This document shows, piece after piece, positions 52,401 to 64,000 of a stretch of 64,000 bases of DNA; the stretch's first letter is position 1; each line of letters opens with the position of its first letter. A program made the position numbers and the translations under genes. This DNA comes from Hypanus sabinus. Taxonomy: Eukaryota. A model generated the notes under the pieces. It was not told the DNA's origin, made no database searches, and was given only the letters and a program-made list of their open reading frames with translations. The stretch spans positions 19,964,001 through 20,028,000 of the forward strand of contig NC_082722.1 in NCBI RefSeq assembly GCF_030144855.1, given 5' to 3'.

Positions 52401-55400
52401 CGACAGCACTCTGTTCTTCCAGGCCGCGACCTCGACATATCTAAAAATGGCCGCTCGTGAGGCTCGGAGAGCGGGTCCCATTTCTGCAGAGAACCGAAGT
52501 CTTCAAAGGAACCCTGAAATTGAAAAACGAGATATTAAAGATGGAAATAGCGCTTTTCCGAAGATGCAAGGAAAGGAGTCGCTGTTAGTGCAGTTTTGTT
52601 ACGTACTGTACGACAGTAGCACAAACTAAATAACAAAATCGAGACAACCAAACAGTTGGAAACATCACTGTCCGTGAATTATCGACACATGCTGTAATGG
52701 TGCGGGAAAATTCAAGTTGCATCCCTGGTTCCATCAGTAAAATAAATTGCCCACGTGTTCTGAAAATAAAATCCAGGACCATAATTCCTAATCTAGGAAC
52801 GGAAAGTAAAGGTAAGTTGTCACATCCATCATTGTTAAAAAGAAATGACCTTCAGGTACCAGCTGACCAATGAGTAAATCAGTTGCATGCATAGGAAATG
52901 TATTCCCCCAGTGAAGTCTGCCTAACATTTAGATGAACTGCATTCAGTACGGAAAATAAATTCGCATCCATAGACACGATAATCACAGTGACAAATTTAT
53001 TAACGACATGAAGTATCCGATAAAGTGAAATTATCAACTTGAAGTGTTCACACTATTTCTCTCAGCAGAAGCTTTGTGGCCTGCTGATTGTTTCCTATGT
53101 CTTCCACACAGTAGTATCAAACAGTAGCTTTAATTTTCAGACAACTAACTTCAATTCAGCTCCCTATTATCCATTGAAGAATATTCATTTATCCAAAGTT
53201 GAAAGCTGAAACGTATATCTGAAAACCACCTTGTTGAAAACATTTCGGAATATGTTTGTTTGATGGCAGAGGCATTTAAAGGCGTGATGCTACAAAGGAT
53301 TATCTTGTCCGGTGGACCAAAGTTACTCACAAATTATAAAACTAGATTTACATTCAATCCTTTGGCCTAACCAGAGCTGAGATTGACACTTAAAAGCATT
53401 TGATTTTTCTGAGATTTTCATGTATTCAAGCATTTGAAATCGAAAGAAAGAACAATAAATAGAATACTTCAAAAATAAACAGAATGTCTTCTAGTTTCCT
53501 GTGTTTTTCCGCCCGCTGAGCAAATTTATGCTGGTGAAAACATGGAGCTGTAGGGTTTATCTCCAAAGCATTTAAAAAAGAAAATGTATCGGCAGTCTTG
53601 TTCAATTTATACCTAAGAGCTACCACGACAATCGCAAACGTGCTCAAACGAAGCCAATTTTTATCAGCCAATTTGTTTTTAAGTGGTTAGTAAATGCTCC
53701 AATTTACTGTCTATTCTTATACACCATGAAGAATGGAATAATTGAGAACAGAGAGTGGTTCTTGGGGAACGAATCGCATTAGTCTCATCTTTGGTATTTA
53801 TGTGTTGAGAAAGAATATTTGAAGATCAAGGCAGAAATCGTGACAGGAAAGTACCTTCTGGAGATAGTGTATTCTGCCACAGACGCATTTTTGTACTCAG
53901 CATCTCAAATTACCTGTAACATAAAACAAAGCTGACTTTCATTAGAATTGTCTCTTACGATTCATCCAGATGCACTGCAGGATAATCATCACAATATCCA
54001 TATCCTCTCCCGGCCAAACTCGCAACAAATAGACCTCATTTACATCTCGTGGGATCCAATAGAAAAGATGTGTGTTACCTATGACCAAACAGCTACATAA
54101 TTTCAGATCTAAGAGGACAGCAGACACAATTTAACAACTACTATTAAAAAAGCTACTATTAAAAAGGCATAATATCTCCACAGCTTCGTGGAAATTCGGA
54201 AACATAACTGCTCAAAATGGCGTGGTGCCTGAGAAGGTAATCAGAAAATTAGTTCCATTCCTAGGCAGCGCATGGAATTTCAGTATTGCTTCATCGCCAA
54301 ACAAAATGCTCTTGAATATTCAGTGTTGTCATTTAATAAATGGAATAATAATTTATGCCCTGCCAGGTTGGACACATGCGTGCGTGTTAATCCTTTTTTT
54401 CTGAATCAGGATAAAATTTTTGCTCGATGTCCTATTCTATTGTCTCCCGTTTACTTCGTGGAAAGGGAGGATATATTTGAAAGTGCAGCATTTCCTGCAA
54501 CGCAACTCCTCTTGCTTATTGGATTTAAAATGGTGCCTCGGAACTGCAATCAAATATTTGAGGCTTTCTCGATGCTCCTTTTATAGATTTTATCGCAGTA
54601 CATCTTGAAACTCTGTCATCATTAAACTGAATAACTTGCTGTTTGAACTCTAAGCTCTCTATTTATGTGATTAACATCCTATACTGTACTGTACCTGTAA
54701 TCTGGTTCTATCACAGACAGCACTTCTTACTTCTTTTCGCTTAATTCTAATTGTGAACTGGTCACAGCAGCGAGTAAGGAACCTGCGGCCTACCTTGAGG
54801 CCTACTTTGAGTTAACATACTGAAATCTGCCACTGGAATAAATTTGAGAAGGTTTCACATTATATGCATTTGCTTCATGCAACTTAAGCATTTTAAATGC
54901 ATGAAAATTGCTGAAGGATTAGGCCAAATGCTCGATAATATACCTTTTCTCTTCGTCATCAGTGGTCAGAATCCAAAATCATACATTGTATGGAGACGAA
55001 TGAATGTCGACGTCGGAGGGAATGTACTTGCTGTTCAAACCAGTCTCCTTCACCGATTCCATTATCTTTTGCAATCCAGACATTAAGCTGTAGTTCATTA
55101 GTCGAACCTTTATAACAAAACCCTAAAAGAAATTATCAAGAGAAACAAAATTTTCATTTTTGTAACATCGTCACTACCATCGCGGCTTAAAGCCTTTTGG
55201 CCATATGAGCGCTGCGGCTTTCCTAGAGAAACCAATAGGGTGCCATTTGACCGAAGGGAAATTATTGTAATGCACTAAAACTGCAAAAAGAAATTGGAAT
55301 GAAGAAAATCTGTTATTATTTTTGTCTGCCTATCATATTAGACATTTTTCGACTCCTGAGCGATTTTCCATCTTTACCATCAAAATGTGCAGAGTACAAT

Positions 55401-55707
55401 AACGATCAGGATAATTTCTAAATTCAGTAGGAGGGCAGAATTGCCAGCATAGTCACGAAAGGATTAGGAATGCCATGTAAAAATTAGAATTGTAAGGGCT
55501 CTTATCTCCCTCCCACTTCAGACAGACTTTAAATTTGAACCACATTATTCTGCCTTGTGTGACGACATCCTACGTCATTTTTACATGATTGATATAGTTC
55601 CTCACGAAGACTTTTTCGTCCAGCAAATTCTTTAAGATACCACTTGCATTGTCGGTATTGGTCGATTCGGTTTCTGTACGATGTCGGAGAATTTTACGGT
55701 TTCAAAC

Positions 55708-55735
55708 ATGGCAATTCTGGTTATTACTTGGCTAA
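55708..55735 (+). CDS. Receptor copy B, leader exon
   Basis: aaacATGG start context, MAILVITWL+A|gtatgc donor. Joined to the V exon it gives MAILVITWLTVTVTAG|EVSQFP, a plausible signal peptide. An in-frame ATG at 55681 is an alternative start. Confidence 0.65.
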
Positions 55736-55914
55736 GTATGCTGATTTATACATGCCGCTTCCGAACTGAATATGCTATTTTAGAATATTTAATCCTGGGT
55801 GCCCGCAGCATATCAGTTTCTTTCGCTCTTCGATGTCCAGTGACTTACGTCTTTAGTTTTTGTTAATTCATTGTGTTTAACTGTTACTAACGCTCTTCCT
55901 TATTTTTCCGGCAG

Positions 55915-56220
55915 CCGTCACAGTAACTGCGGGCGAAGTATCGCAATTCCCTAGGGACCTGGACGTCTCGGCTGGTGCGAATGTTGCCATGTTCTGGAAA
56001 TTTCCACTATCACAAGAAACTGTTGACATTCGTTGGCGGAGACAAGGCGAGAAGGCATTTTTAGAAAGGAACGGCAGAAGACAATTTCCTGTAGAAAGGG
56101 GAAGGGGAGCACTTATACTCTGGAATGTCACAGCCGCCAACTCCGGACTGTATTACTGTGAAGTAAAGTTTCAGGAACAATTTTTCAGGAGTAGATGTGG
56201 CACCAAGCTCACTGTGTTCG
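55915..56220 (+). CDS. Receptor copy B, V-set Ig domain exon with encoded J-like G strand
   Basis: ctaac branch point, ttttccggcag|CC acceptor, G|gtgagt donor, 306 bp, phase 1-1. EVSQFPRDLDVSAGANVAMFWKFPL...IRWRR...ALILWNVTAANSGLYYCEVK...RCGTKLTVF; open, but first Cys position is Trp. Confidence 0.9.
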
Positions 56221-56559
56221 GTGAGTGCAGATGTTTGGAGATTTTCAGCTCTGTACGTTTTGCATCAAACAAGGTTAGAATTGTTTTGCAAGCAAGAGGC
56301 TGACATAATGCTCATATTAATATGAATAGTTGAAGTGGGATAACTCGATTCGTCATCATAGAGGACGCAAAATATTAATACTTATATAGAATAATCTATG
56401 TGGCAGCAAAATGCTTCATTTCCGCATCAACGAGTAGAGAGGAATAATCCCCAGCTCCAAACGAGTTAATTCAAACATCAAGTTAGAATTTGTCGCATGC
56501 ACTGCAAATTGTCATTCCAACTTTTGTCATGCAGGATTAGCGAACCTCTACTTCTTTCA

Positions 56560-57600
56560 CGATACAAAATGGAGAGAAATATAGCCCTCTCAAGTTCGAG
56601 GTGAATTTTGATAGGGTTAGATGGAAAAGGGCAGAGAGTCTTGCGCAAACCCACATTTAACACCTCCGCTGGCAGCTCATTCCACAATAGCATCACCGTT
56701 TGAGTGAAGGCGTTTCCCTTCAGTTTCTCCTTTAATACTTCTCATTTCACTCTTAAGCTATGACTTCTAAATATATACTCACTCAACCTCAATGGATGAA
56801 GTAGGCTTACATGCTCCATATCTACATTCCTCATAATTTTCTATACTTCTATCAAATGTTCGCTCGTTCTCTTACGAATCATGGAAAAACATTCTAACCT
56901 GTTAAACCTTCCCTCATAATTCATGTCCTCACATTCATGTCACATCTTTGTAAGTATTATTTGTCTAATTCAATCCTATTGATAACTTTCCTGCAGATAG
57001 TAACGAAAATTGCGAACAATACTCCAAATTTGTTCTCACTGACGTCGAATACAACTTCAGCATAGCATCCTAACTTCTACACTCAATGCTCTGACATATG
57101 AAGGCCAATATGATAAAGACCTTTGACTTTATCAAAGACATCCGCCTTTGACTTCACTTTCAACGAATTATCGATCTATATTCCGAGATTATTTTCTTTA
57201 CCGCACTAATCATTGCCAGTCTCGTCCATTATGTAAATCCGAGACTGCTTGTATAGTCAAAGTGCAACATCTTACAATTGCTTTCATTAAATTCTATCTG
57301 CCATTTCTGCTCACGTGGTCCATAACCCACTTGGAGTTTATAGCCATGCGACACAGCACCGGTCAAAGGCCTTCGTTCAAAGTACAACCATCTACTACCA
57401 TACGCTGGCTTCTCCCGCGAAGCCAACGTTAGATACAACTTACTTCTTCATCCTGAATGCCAAGCGAATGTACTTGATCAGGCCACCACCCCCACGCAGA
57501 ACTTTCCTAAAGACCTTGTTAAAATCCATGATGACCATATCCATTGTTACCCGTCATCAAAATCAATGGTAACCCACTCGAAATGCTCATTAAGTTTGGT
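56560..57600 (-). mobile_element. CR1 LINE fragment in V-C1 intron
   Basis: Reverse complement of CR1 RT 3' region (KWQIEFNESNCKMLHF; aaatttggagtattgttcgcaatttt). Confidence 0.65.
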
Positions 57601-57779
57601 TAGACACAGACCAACTTGCACGAAACAGTGGTGTCTATCCCCAATAAAGACCAGTCTATCTATATATTTATATATCCCATTCTTTAGAATATCTTCTAAT
57701 AAATTATCCACTTCTCTGTAATACCAACTAGTCTATAATATCCCGGCTTTTTCCGAGAGTCTGTCTCGAACAATAGCAA

Positions 57780-58820
57780 AACTAGAGACATAATTGGAGA
57801 CCAAGTTATTGGGAAACTGAAAGGTCTGAAAGTAGGTAATTAACCTGGACCAGATGATGTACATCCCAGGATTCTGATAGAAGTTGCTGATGAGTTTGTG
57901 GAGGCATTAATGAAGGTCTTTCAAGAATTACTAGATTCTTGAATGGTTCTGATAAACTGGAAAATTGCACATGTCACTCCATTCTGCAAGAAGGCAGAGA
58001 AGCATGAAAAGGGAAACTGTAGGCCAGTCACTCTACTTCACTGGTTGACAAGATGTTGGAGTCTGCTATTAAGGATCCGGTCTTATGTTACTTGGAGAGA
58101 CATAATTAAACACGCCATGTTCAGCATTATTTCCTTAAGGATAACTCTCGCCAGTCAAATCTGATTGAAATATTTGAAGGAATGAAAAGCAGGATAGATA
58201 AAGATACGTAGAATCGATTGTTGTGTACTTGGAGTTTCAGAAGGCCTTTCACAAAGCACCATGCCCAAGCAGTATAACCATCTACGAGTCCAAAGTATTG
58301 CTGGGAAGATGGGATTAAACTGCAAAGGGTTCAATGGAGGTTCAGAACAATGATTCCAGCATTAAATAGCTAGTCATATGAGAGCATTTTATGGCTCTGT
58401 GCCTATTATCACTAGAATTCCGAAAAAAATAGGGCCGATCGCATTGAAACCTATTGAAAAGTAAAAGTAATTGATAGTATGGATGTGGACAGGATGTCTC
58501 CTACGGTGGGAAGATATAGGACCAGAGGACGCAGCCTCAGAATAGAGCGGCATCATTTTTAAAAAGATGTGAAGAGGAATGCCTATCGCTAGAGAGTGTT
58601 GAACCTATGGATTTTTTCTTTTGCCACAGGCGGTTATGGAGACCAACCCTTTTTGGATATTTAACGCAGAGGTGATAGATTCTTGATTGGTTCGGGCATG
58701 AACAGCTATGAGGGGAAGGTAGGAAATTTGGGCTGAGAGCAATATTATAGCTATGGTGAAGTGGCAGAGAAAACTTGGTGGGTCAAATGGAATAATTCAG
58801 CTCCTATATCCAGTAGTCAT
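57780..58820 (+). mobile_element. CR1 LINE fragments in V-C1 intron
   Basis: NWKIAHVTPFCKKAEKHEKGNCRPV, then the CR1 3' end shared with 55-520. Confidence 0.7.
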
Positions 58821-60197
58821 ATGATGTTAAAACATTAGTTATTCCCTAGTCCTCCAGCACCTCAACCACGAGTAAGGACATTCTAAATACATCTATCTGG
58901 GCCGTTTCACTTTCAGCATTAGCTTCCAACAAGGTCCGATGGGACATCTTGCCATGTTATGGGTCTTCTGCACCCTTATTTGCCACAAAGCTGTAATCCG
59001 TATATAGGCATGACATTGCTTCTGCTTTGCTTTAGTTGTGTAGTCTCTGTGTAGGTCTGCCTAGTAAATACAAATGGAAATAGATCTCCCCCCTTCTCTT
59101 TCTGCTCCATGCATTGTTCAACCAGCTGAACTTCATATTGATTAATATTTTCTGTCGGTAGCCCTTTATGCTGAGTGTATCAGCAGAAGCACTTCGATTT
59201 CCCCCCCTTAGGAATGTCTTTCACCTCGAATTTGGTAAGTCCGAGAATGTTGACGTTGGTTTCGGTGTGGGAAGTAGAGTCGGGCACGATGGGCTCCGGA
59301 TGGCTACTGTAGGCAGAGTAAAATTCTAACTGATGTAATAAACAGATAAAGCAATCTAACTATGGAAACTCCCCTGTTAGACACCGACAATAAGGAGTAC
59401 AAGTTTACGAAACCTTAAAATTGGTTTCATCATTTCTAAAAATGATCCTATAGCAGTACCAATATCGACAGTTTTTCTGCAGGACTCCAGGATTTAGAAA
59501 AAAATGGAACTGTAGTATCTGTGCGCTTAATATCTCTTTTCATTTGTGTTCCTGGTTGTTTCATGGAGGAGATGATAACTGAATGCTTATGACTGGAAAG
59601 TTTAACCCCAAGACCTGGAATACTTCCTAAGCAGTTGTGCGACCAGAATATTAAACTCCAGGTGCATTTGTACTATAGAGATCTGTGATATTTTGGGTTT
59701 TGTAGCTCAGTCTTTATACGAAATGCAAAATTCAAATGTAGCCAGCTTTCCAAAGCTAACGAACGCCGCAAGCCCAAATGTGCAAAAAAGCTCAAATACC
59801 ATTCAAAAGAGAATGTCTTCCTCATTTCAGACTTCCTGGCTTCACTGTCGAAGTGTATTCTCTGAACTCTTCCTTTCATCCGTCTCCCAAAGTGACTGTA
59901 TTTTACTTTGCTTATTTTGTGACTGTCTGTTTTGAATGGTGGCTATATGTGCTGTTTGTGACTATATATATTGTACTGTGTTTTACAACTTGACCCCAGA
60001 AGAACAATGCGGTGTGTGTGTATGGTTGAACAACAATAAACAGAATATCAAATTAAAAGAATTTATTAAATACTGGTTAATACTGGCAGATAACTAATTT
60101 GATAGTTAGAAAGTCAATCAGTTGGTGGGGAGATGAAGGCATCTACCTGCATTGAAATGGATCAAAATTACACAATATAACTTTGTTTTTATTCAAG

Positions 60198-60491
60198 CTC
60201 CTCCAACTCCATTGGAAATTGTTCCTGTTGGAGGGCTTTCGTCTCCTCGAAAACTCCTTTGCAAAACGGCTGCTTTTTACCCGGAGGAAATAGAACTCGT
60301 TTGGCAAAGAAATAACAAACAAATTCACATTGGAATAGAGAGTGTGACAAACCGGAGCATGGATGGCTTGTACAAGGCTTTTAGTTTATTGGAAATCACG
60401 CAGTTTACTTGGGGAAAAGATACCTACACCTGTCTGGTCTCGCATGTCTCCCTCACGGTGACTGCCAGTTTCAGCTACATCCTGGAGCAAG
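60198..60491 (+). CDS. Receptor copy B, C1-set Ig domain exon
   Basis: ttcaag|CT...CAAG|gtaag, 294 bp; APPTPLEIV...LLCKTAAFYPEEIELVW...YTCLVSH; 10 amino acid differences from copy A by my count over 98 codons. Confidence 0.92.
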
Positions 60492-61084
60492 GTAAGATTG
60501 TGTCTTGTTGAGGGCATGATGTTGTGTCTCGGCCTTTAAAGTTGACACTTTAGATTTGCTTGATTGGCTGAGTTCTTCCAGGATTTTGTGTTACTCTGGA
60601 TTTCAGCATGTTCAGAAACTTTTACTCACAATGTAAGATGGAAGTGCTTATAAGTCATAGTGGTGGGGTCAAGGTGACGTTGTAAGAACAGCAACTGAAC
60701 AGCTACCTAAACACGAAAGAACGACTAATTTTGAAGCTTAGTAAATGACAGGGAATAATAAACTCGAAAAGTGTTCAAAAGTTAATGTGTTATTCCCGTC
60801 GGTGTAAATCGCGTAGGACGAATTAAGAAATTGAATACGTGCAGTATTTGTAAGATAGTAAACATTGGACATTGGCTAAAAATATGACAAGGCAAAACGC
60901 AAACTCTTAAACACATAGTAATATAGCAAAAGTGGGAATGCACTTTTTGTTTCTTACGATATATTTTCCGATTGTCTGTAGTGAGATTTGAAACGAGCCT
61001 ATAAGATATTTTGCATTGTTGAATCCCATGTCTGCATTAGTTTTCAGATAAATAAATGCTTCACAGTTTCTTGTATTTCCCCAG

Positions 61085-61195
61085 TTCATCCACCAGGCGC
61101 TGATACTAAATTGATTCTCGCATATACAGTGGACGGATTGGCAGTTTTAGCTCTGATAATAGTTTTGGTACAAGTCAACTTAAAGAGATCTCACG
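61085..61195 (+). CDS. Receptor copy B, transmembrane exon
   Basis: tttccccag|TT...CACG|gtaaga, 111 bp; VHPPGADTKLILAYTVDGLAVLALIIVLVQVNLKRSH. Confidence 0.88.
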
Positions 61196-61782
61196 GTAAG
61201 AACACTGATCGCTGAGAAACATTACCTTTATTTGTCCAAACATAGACATGAATGACATTTAACGTCAAAACAGTAAATGTCCTTTACAAACTGTATGGAA
61301 CTAGATCGCAATTTTCGAAGTCAGATTTCAGTGATAATGTTCGATTACAATAGAAGCTAGATCTTAAAATTCAACTATTTCATCAGTCCGCTTGAAGCAT
61401 TACGCATCTCATTCATAAATTTTGTTCTATGTGATTGGAGTTCTTCAGCTGTTTTAAACACAACGGCAGATCCATATTATGAAGCGTAAAGAACATTGAC
61501 AAACTCGTGCATGTCTCATTGATTTTAATTTCCATTTTAGTGACGGTATTTAAATGTAGCACGACCACTGATATGCTATTAACACGTTACGGCTTCGTTA
61601 AAAGTCAACTTTTATTGAACATTGCGCTGCAAGTTTGTCGCGGAACACACTGTATTAAGATAACTGGTAACACCAACTGCCTTCACAATATCCTTGTTCT
61701 CTTATACAATGAATTCGATTGGTATCAAAAGAATAATGTCCAAGATTGTATAATAATACAATTTTTTCAAATCTTTCTTAAG

Positions 61783-61826
61783 GAATTAACTCAAGCTCTT
61801 TCACCGTATGTCAGAACGAAGAGCCG
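61783..61826 (+). CDS. Receptor copy B, cytoplasmic exon 1
   Basis: tctttcttaag|GA...CCG|gtaggt; GINSSSFTVCQNEEP. By offset Cy2 would start near 64170, outside the window. Confidence 0.8.
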
Positions 61827-62489
61827 GTAGGTGAAATGGCTCGTCTTCTTTCAGAGCCACGAATACGAATAGTAGAGATGTTATAAATTTATTTTGATCC
61901 GTAACATTTTGGAATGCAGTTGGGAAGAATGAAACCATTCCTTCTGACAATACTTTATTTTGAAGTATATGTCCAAGATGTATTCGAATATTTCTGTTGA
62001 ATATGCTTCCTTTCGTCTCTGAGGTTTCCACACCAGTTTATTTCCGGTTGTATTTATGTGCCAGTAATATTAACTAATGGAAGTTAAGATATTAATCATA
62101 CATCGTGTGACGAATAATTAAATACAAATCTAAGACAGGGATGTTTTACATGTCAAATGTCGGTTTACGAAAATCGCAGTGCAGTGCCAATCAGAAGATA
62201 TAGTACACGCACAAATCATTTCTCAATATATGTTACATTTCAAATGAACGCACAGTAAGCAAGATTAAAAATTCAATTGAATCATGTTTTGAAAATTCAA
62301 ATGCAGATTTTAACCCCGATTCCCAGCGAAGTCCCACACAGCCGTGCATAACCTGCAATGTAATCGAATATGGAAGAAGACCTTGTAGTAGCTGGTGCAA
62401 AATGATACCCAAACGAAACCTCACAAGACACCTACTCCATGAGGCTACGCTGAATGATGGTCATCCTCAATTTCATTCTTTCTTTTTTA

Positions 62490-63080
62490 AACTTTTTATT
62501 AATTTTCAAAATCATAAACGTAACAACAATAATAGTGCAAATAAATTGGGATTACAATATTGGTAATTAGCATATGGAGACAAAAGCTACACATAACACA
62601 AGTGTACTAAGCCTCCTAAGCTATTAATGTAGTTAAACATGATTTAAAAAAAGAAAGAATGTCAGAAAAAGCCAAATTAATGAAAATTCAAAAAGTAAAA
62701 CTAAACTAAGCTGAACAGAACTAAACTAAACAATGCTAGGCTATTATGTTACATTAAAAACAATCATTAATGTCATTAACTTTGCTGCTCTATCCATATA
62801 TTTAAGGTTAATAAAAACGATTCGGAAAAGGTCAAGTTAGATCATTTGAAAATGTTGAATAAATGGTCTCCAAGTTTCTTAAATATTAATAGAAGCTTCA
62901 AAAGTGACGCTTCTGACTTTTTTCTAAATCTAAACAAGAAATATCGAAAGAAATGCCTGAAACATATCAATGTATTGTCATCTCCCATTTTGTATTCAAA
63001 TTAAATATTAAAAAACTTCTAACGACATCTTTGGTAGGAGAAACAGTTGTCCCTTCAGATTGAACACCCCTCCCCAGAAA
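62490..63080 (-). mobile_element. L1/Tx1-like LINE 3' fragment (paralog of 4290-4870)
   Basis: Colinear with the copy A intron fragment. Confidence 0.55.
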
Positions 63081-64000
63081 GCAACGAAAACGTTAACTGT
63101 TTCTCTTTGCTCTCGTGCTTCCAGATCTACCGTGTGATTTATTTGTCTGTTCTACTTCAGATTTCTAGCAGTTCAATGTTATTAAATACGTCACACCTGG
63201 ATTCTTCTGTTAGCATATATTAAATCTTTATTGGTTGTATATCCATCTATCTACAACTGGAGACGTCTTCCTGTGTCCCATTAATCGGCTTTCTAATTTT
63301 AGAGCATATTTTTATTTTGACGTAACGATAGCTGCTGCAGCAACTTTTCACATCAGGAAAGCAAGGTTGTCATATCTAATACTGGCTTCGTTATAGTAGA
63401 ACTCCTTAAATACTTTCATCAGCGTTCGTAGCACTTCCAGAAATGAAGGACTGTCCATGCCAGCAATATCTAAGTTGAAGCTGGAACATTCAAGATAAAA
63501 TTTTTCCTGTTTCTTTATTACTCTGGAATGCTATGTCATTGTTTCACCCAAAGCAAATGTTGTTTTAACGATTTAACGTAGCGGGCATGTCCAACTGCTC
63601 TACTTATTTCGATCGTAATTTAATGGATACACCAACAAAACCAATCAGCTCAGCAGCGGGTAAGATACCGCTCCCATATTTACTGCGTTAGTACGTAAGC
63701 AGATCAGGTCTTACCATTTGTTCCAAGCTTCTTAACCTAAATAATGCGAGTTTTAATGGTCACACGTTCTAAGTACACCATGTGGACGAAACCTGGTCAT
63801 TAGAATTACTTGACGGGGTGCATAAAGGAAACGAATCGGATAAAGCCCATGCACAAAACTTGGAGGAGTGTAAGGGATATGACAAAAGAAATGAAACAAA
63901 ACAGAAGGACAGAACTGAGAAACACGTCGATTGATAAGAAGGTTTTAACTGGTCGTTTGGTAATCTAAATAAACGTAGCGATTCCCAGCCTAAAATGGAT

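Larger units (their letters stand above)
58325..64000 (+). repeat. Right copy of the direct segmental duplication
   Basis: Colinear with 55-5793; continues beyond the window edge. Confidence 0.95.

Noticed and set aside
52984-53011. RSS-like heptamer CACAGTG upstream of the V exon
   Set aside because: No ACAAAAACC-like nonamer at 12 or 23 bp spacing, and it is 2.9 kb from the V exon.
53760-54130. Minus-strand splice-like signals (ctcttag|30 bp|gtaaca and gttacag|GT)
   Set aside because: The downstream segment hits a stop almost at once and resembles no family exon; at most non-coding.

Overview
Eukaryotic (vertebrate) genomic DNA. The repeat content (CR1, Rex1/Babar, Penelope GIY-YIG tails, Nimb-type LINE, RTE, solo LTRs) suggests a cartilaginous fish, probably a ray or skate; this is inference only. 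No rRNA, tRNA, CRISPR or prokaryotic genes were seen, and most ORFs in the supplied track are retroelement debris or noise. The main content is a cluster of four copies of an immunoglobulin-superfamily receptor gene. Its exon plan is leader - single-exon V domain with a built-in J-like G strand - C1-set domain - TM - three cytoplasmic exons carrying tyrosine motifs, including an ITIM (LTYAAL). Copy B (+, 55708-61826, running off the right edge) shows L, V, C1, TM and Cy1; its V domain lacks the canonical first cysteine. Copy A (+, 1964-7890, V exon predicted left of the window) shows C1, TM and Cy1-3, with a TAA at a tyrosine position that removes the ITIM exon. Copy C (-, 39803-49462) is a decayed TM+Cy1-3 gene split by a LINE nested in an LTR. 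Copy D (+, 32288-32961) is a TM+Cy1 relic with dead splice sites. A and B lie in a direct duplication about 58.2 kb apart; C and D form an inverted duplication. All exon models were read by eye from splice signals and cross-copy comparison, with no transcript or database support. Repeat boundaries without target-site duplications are approximate.
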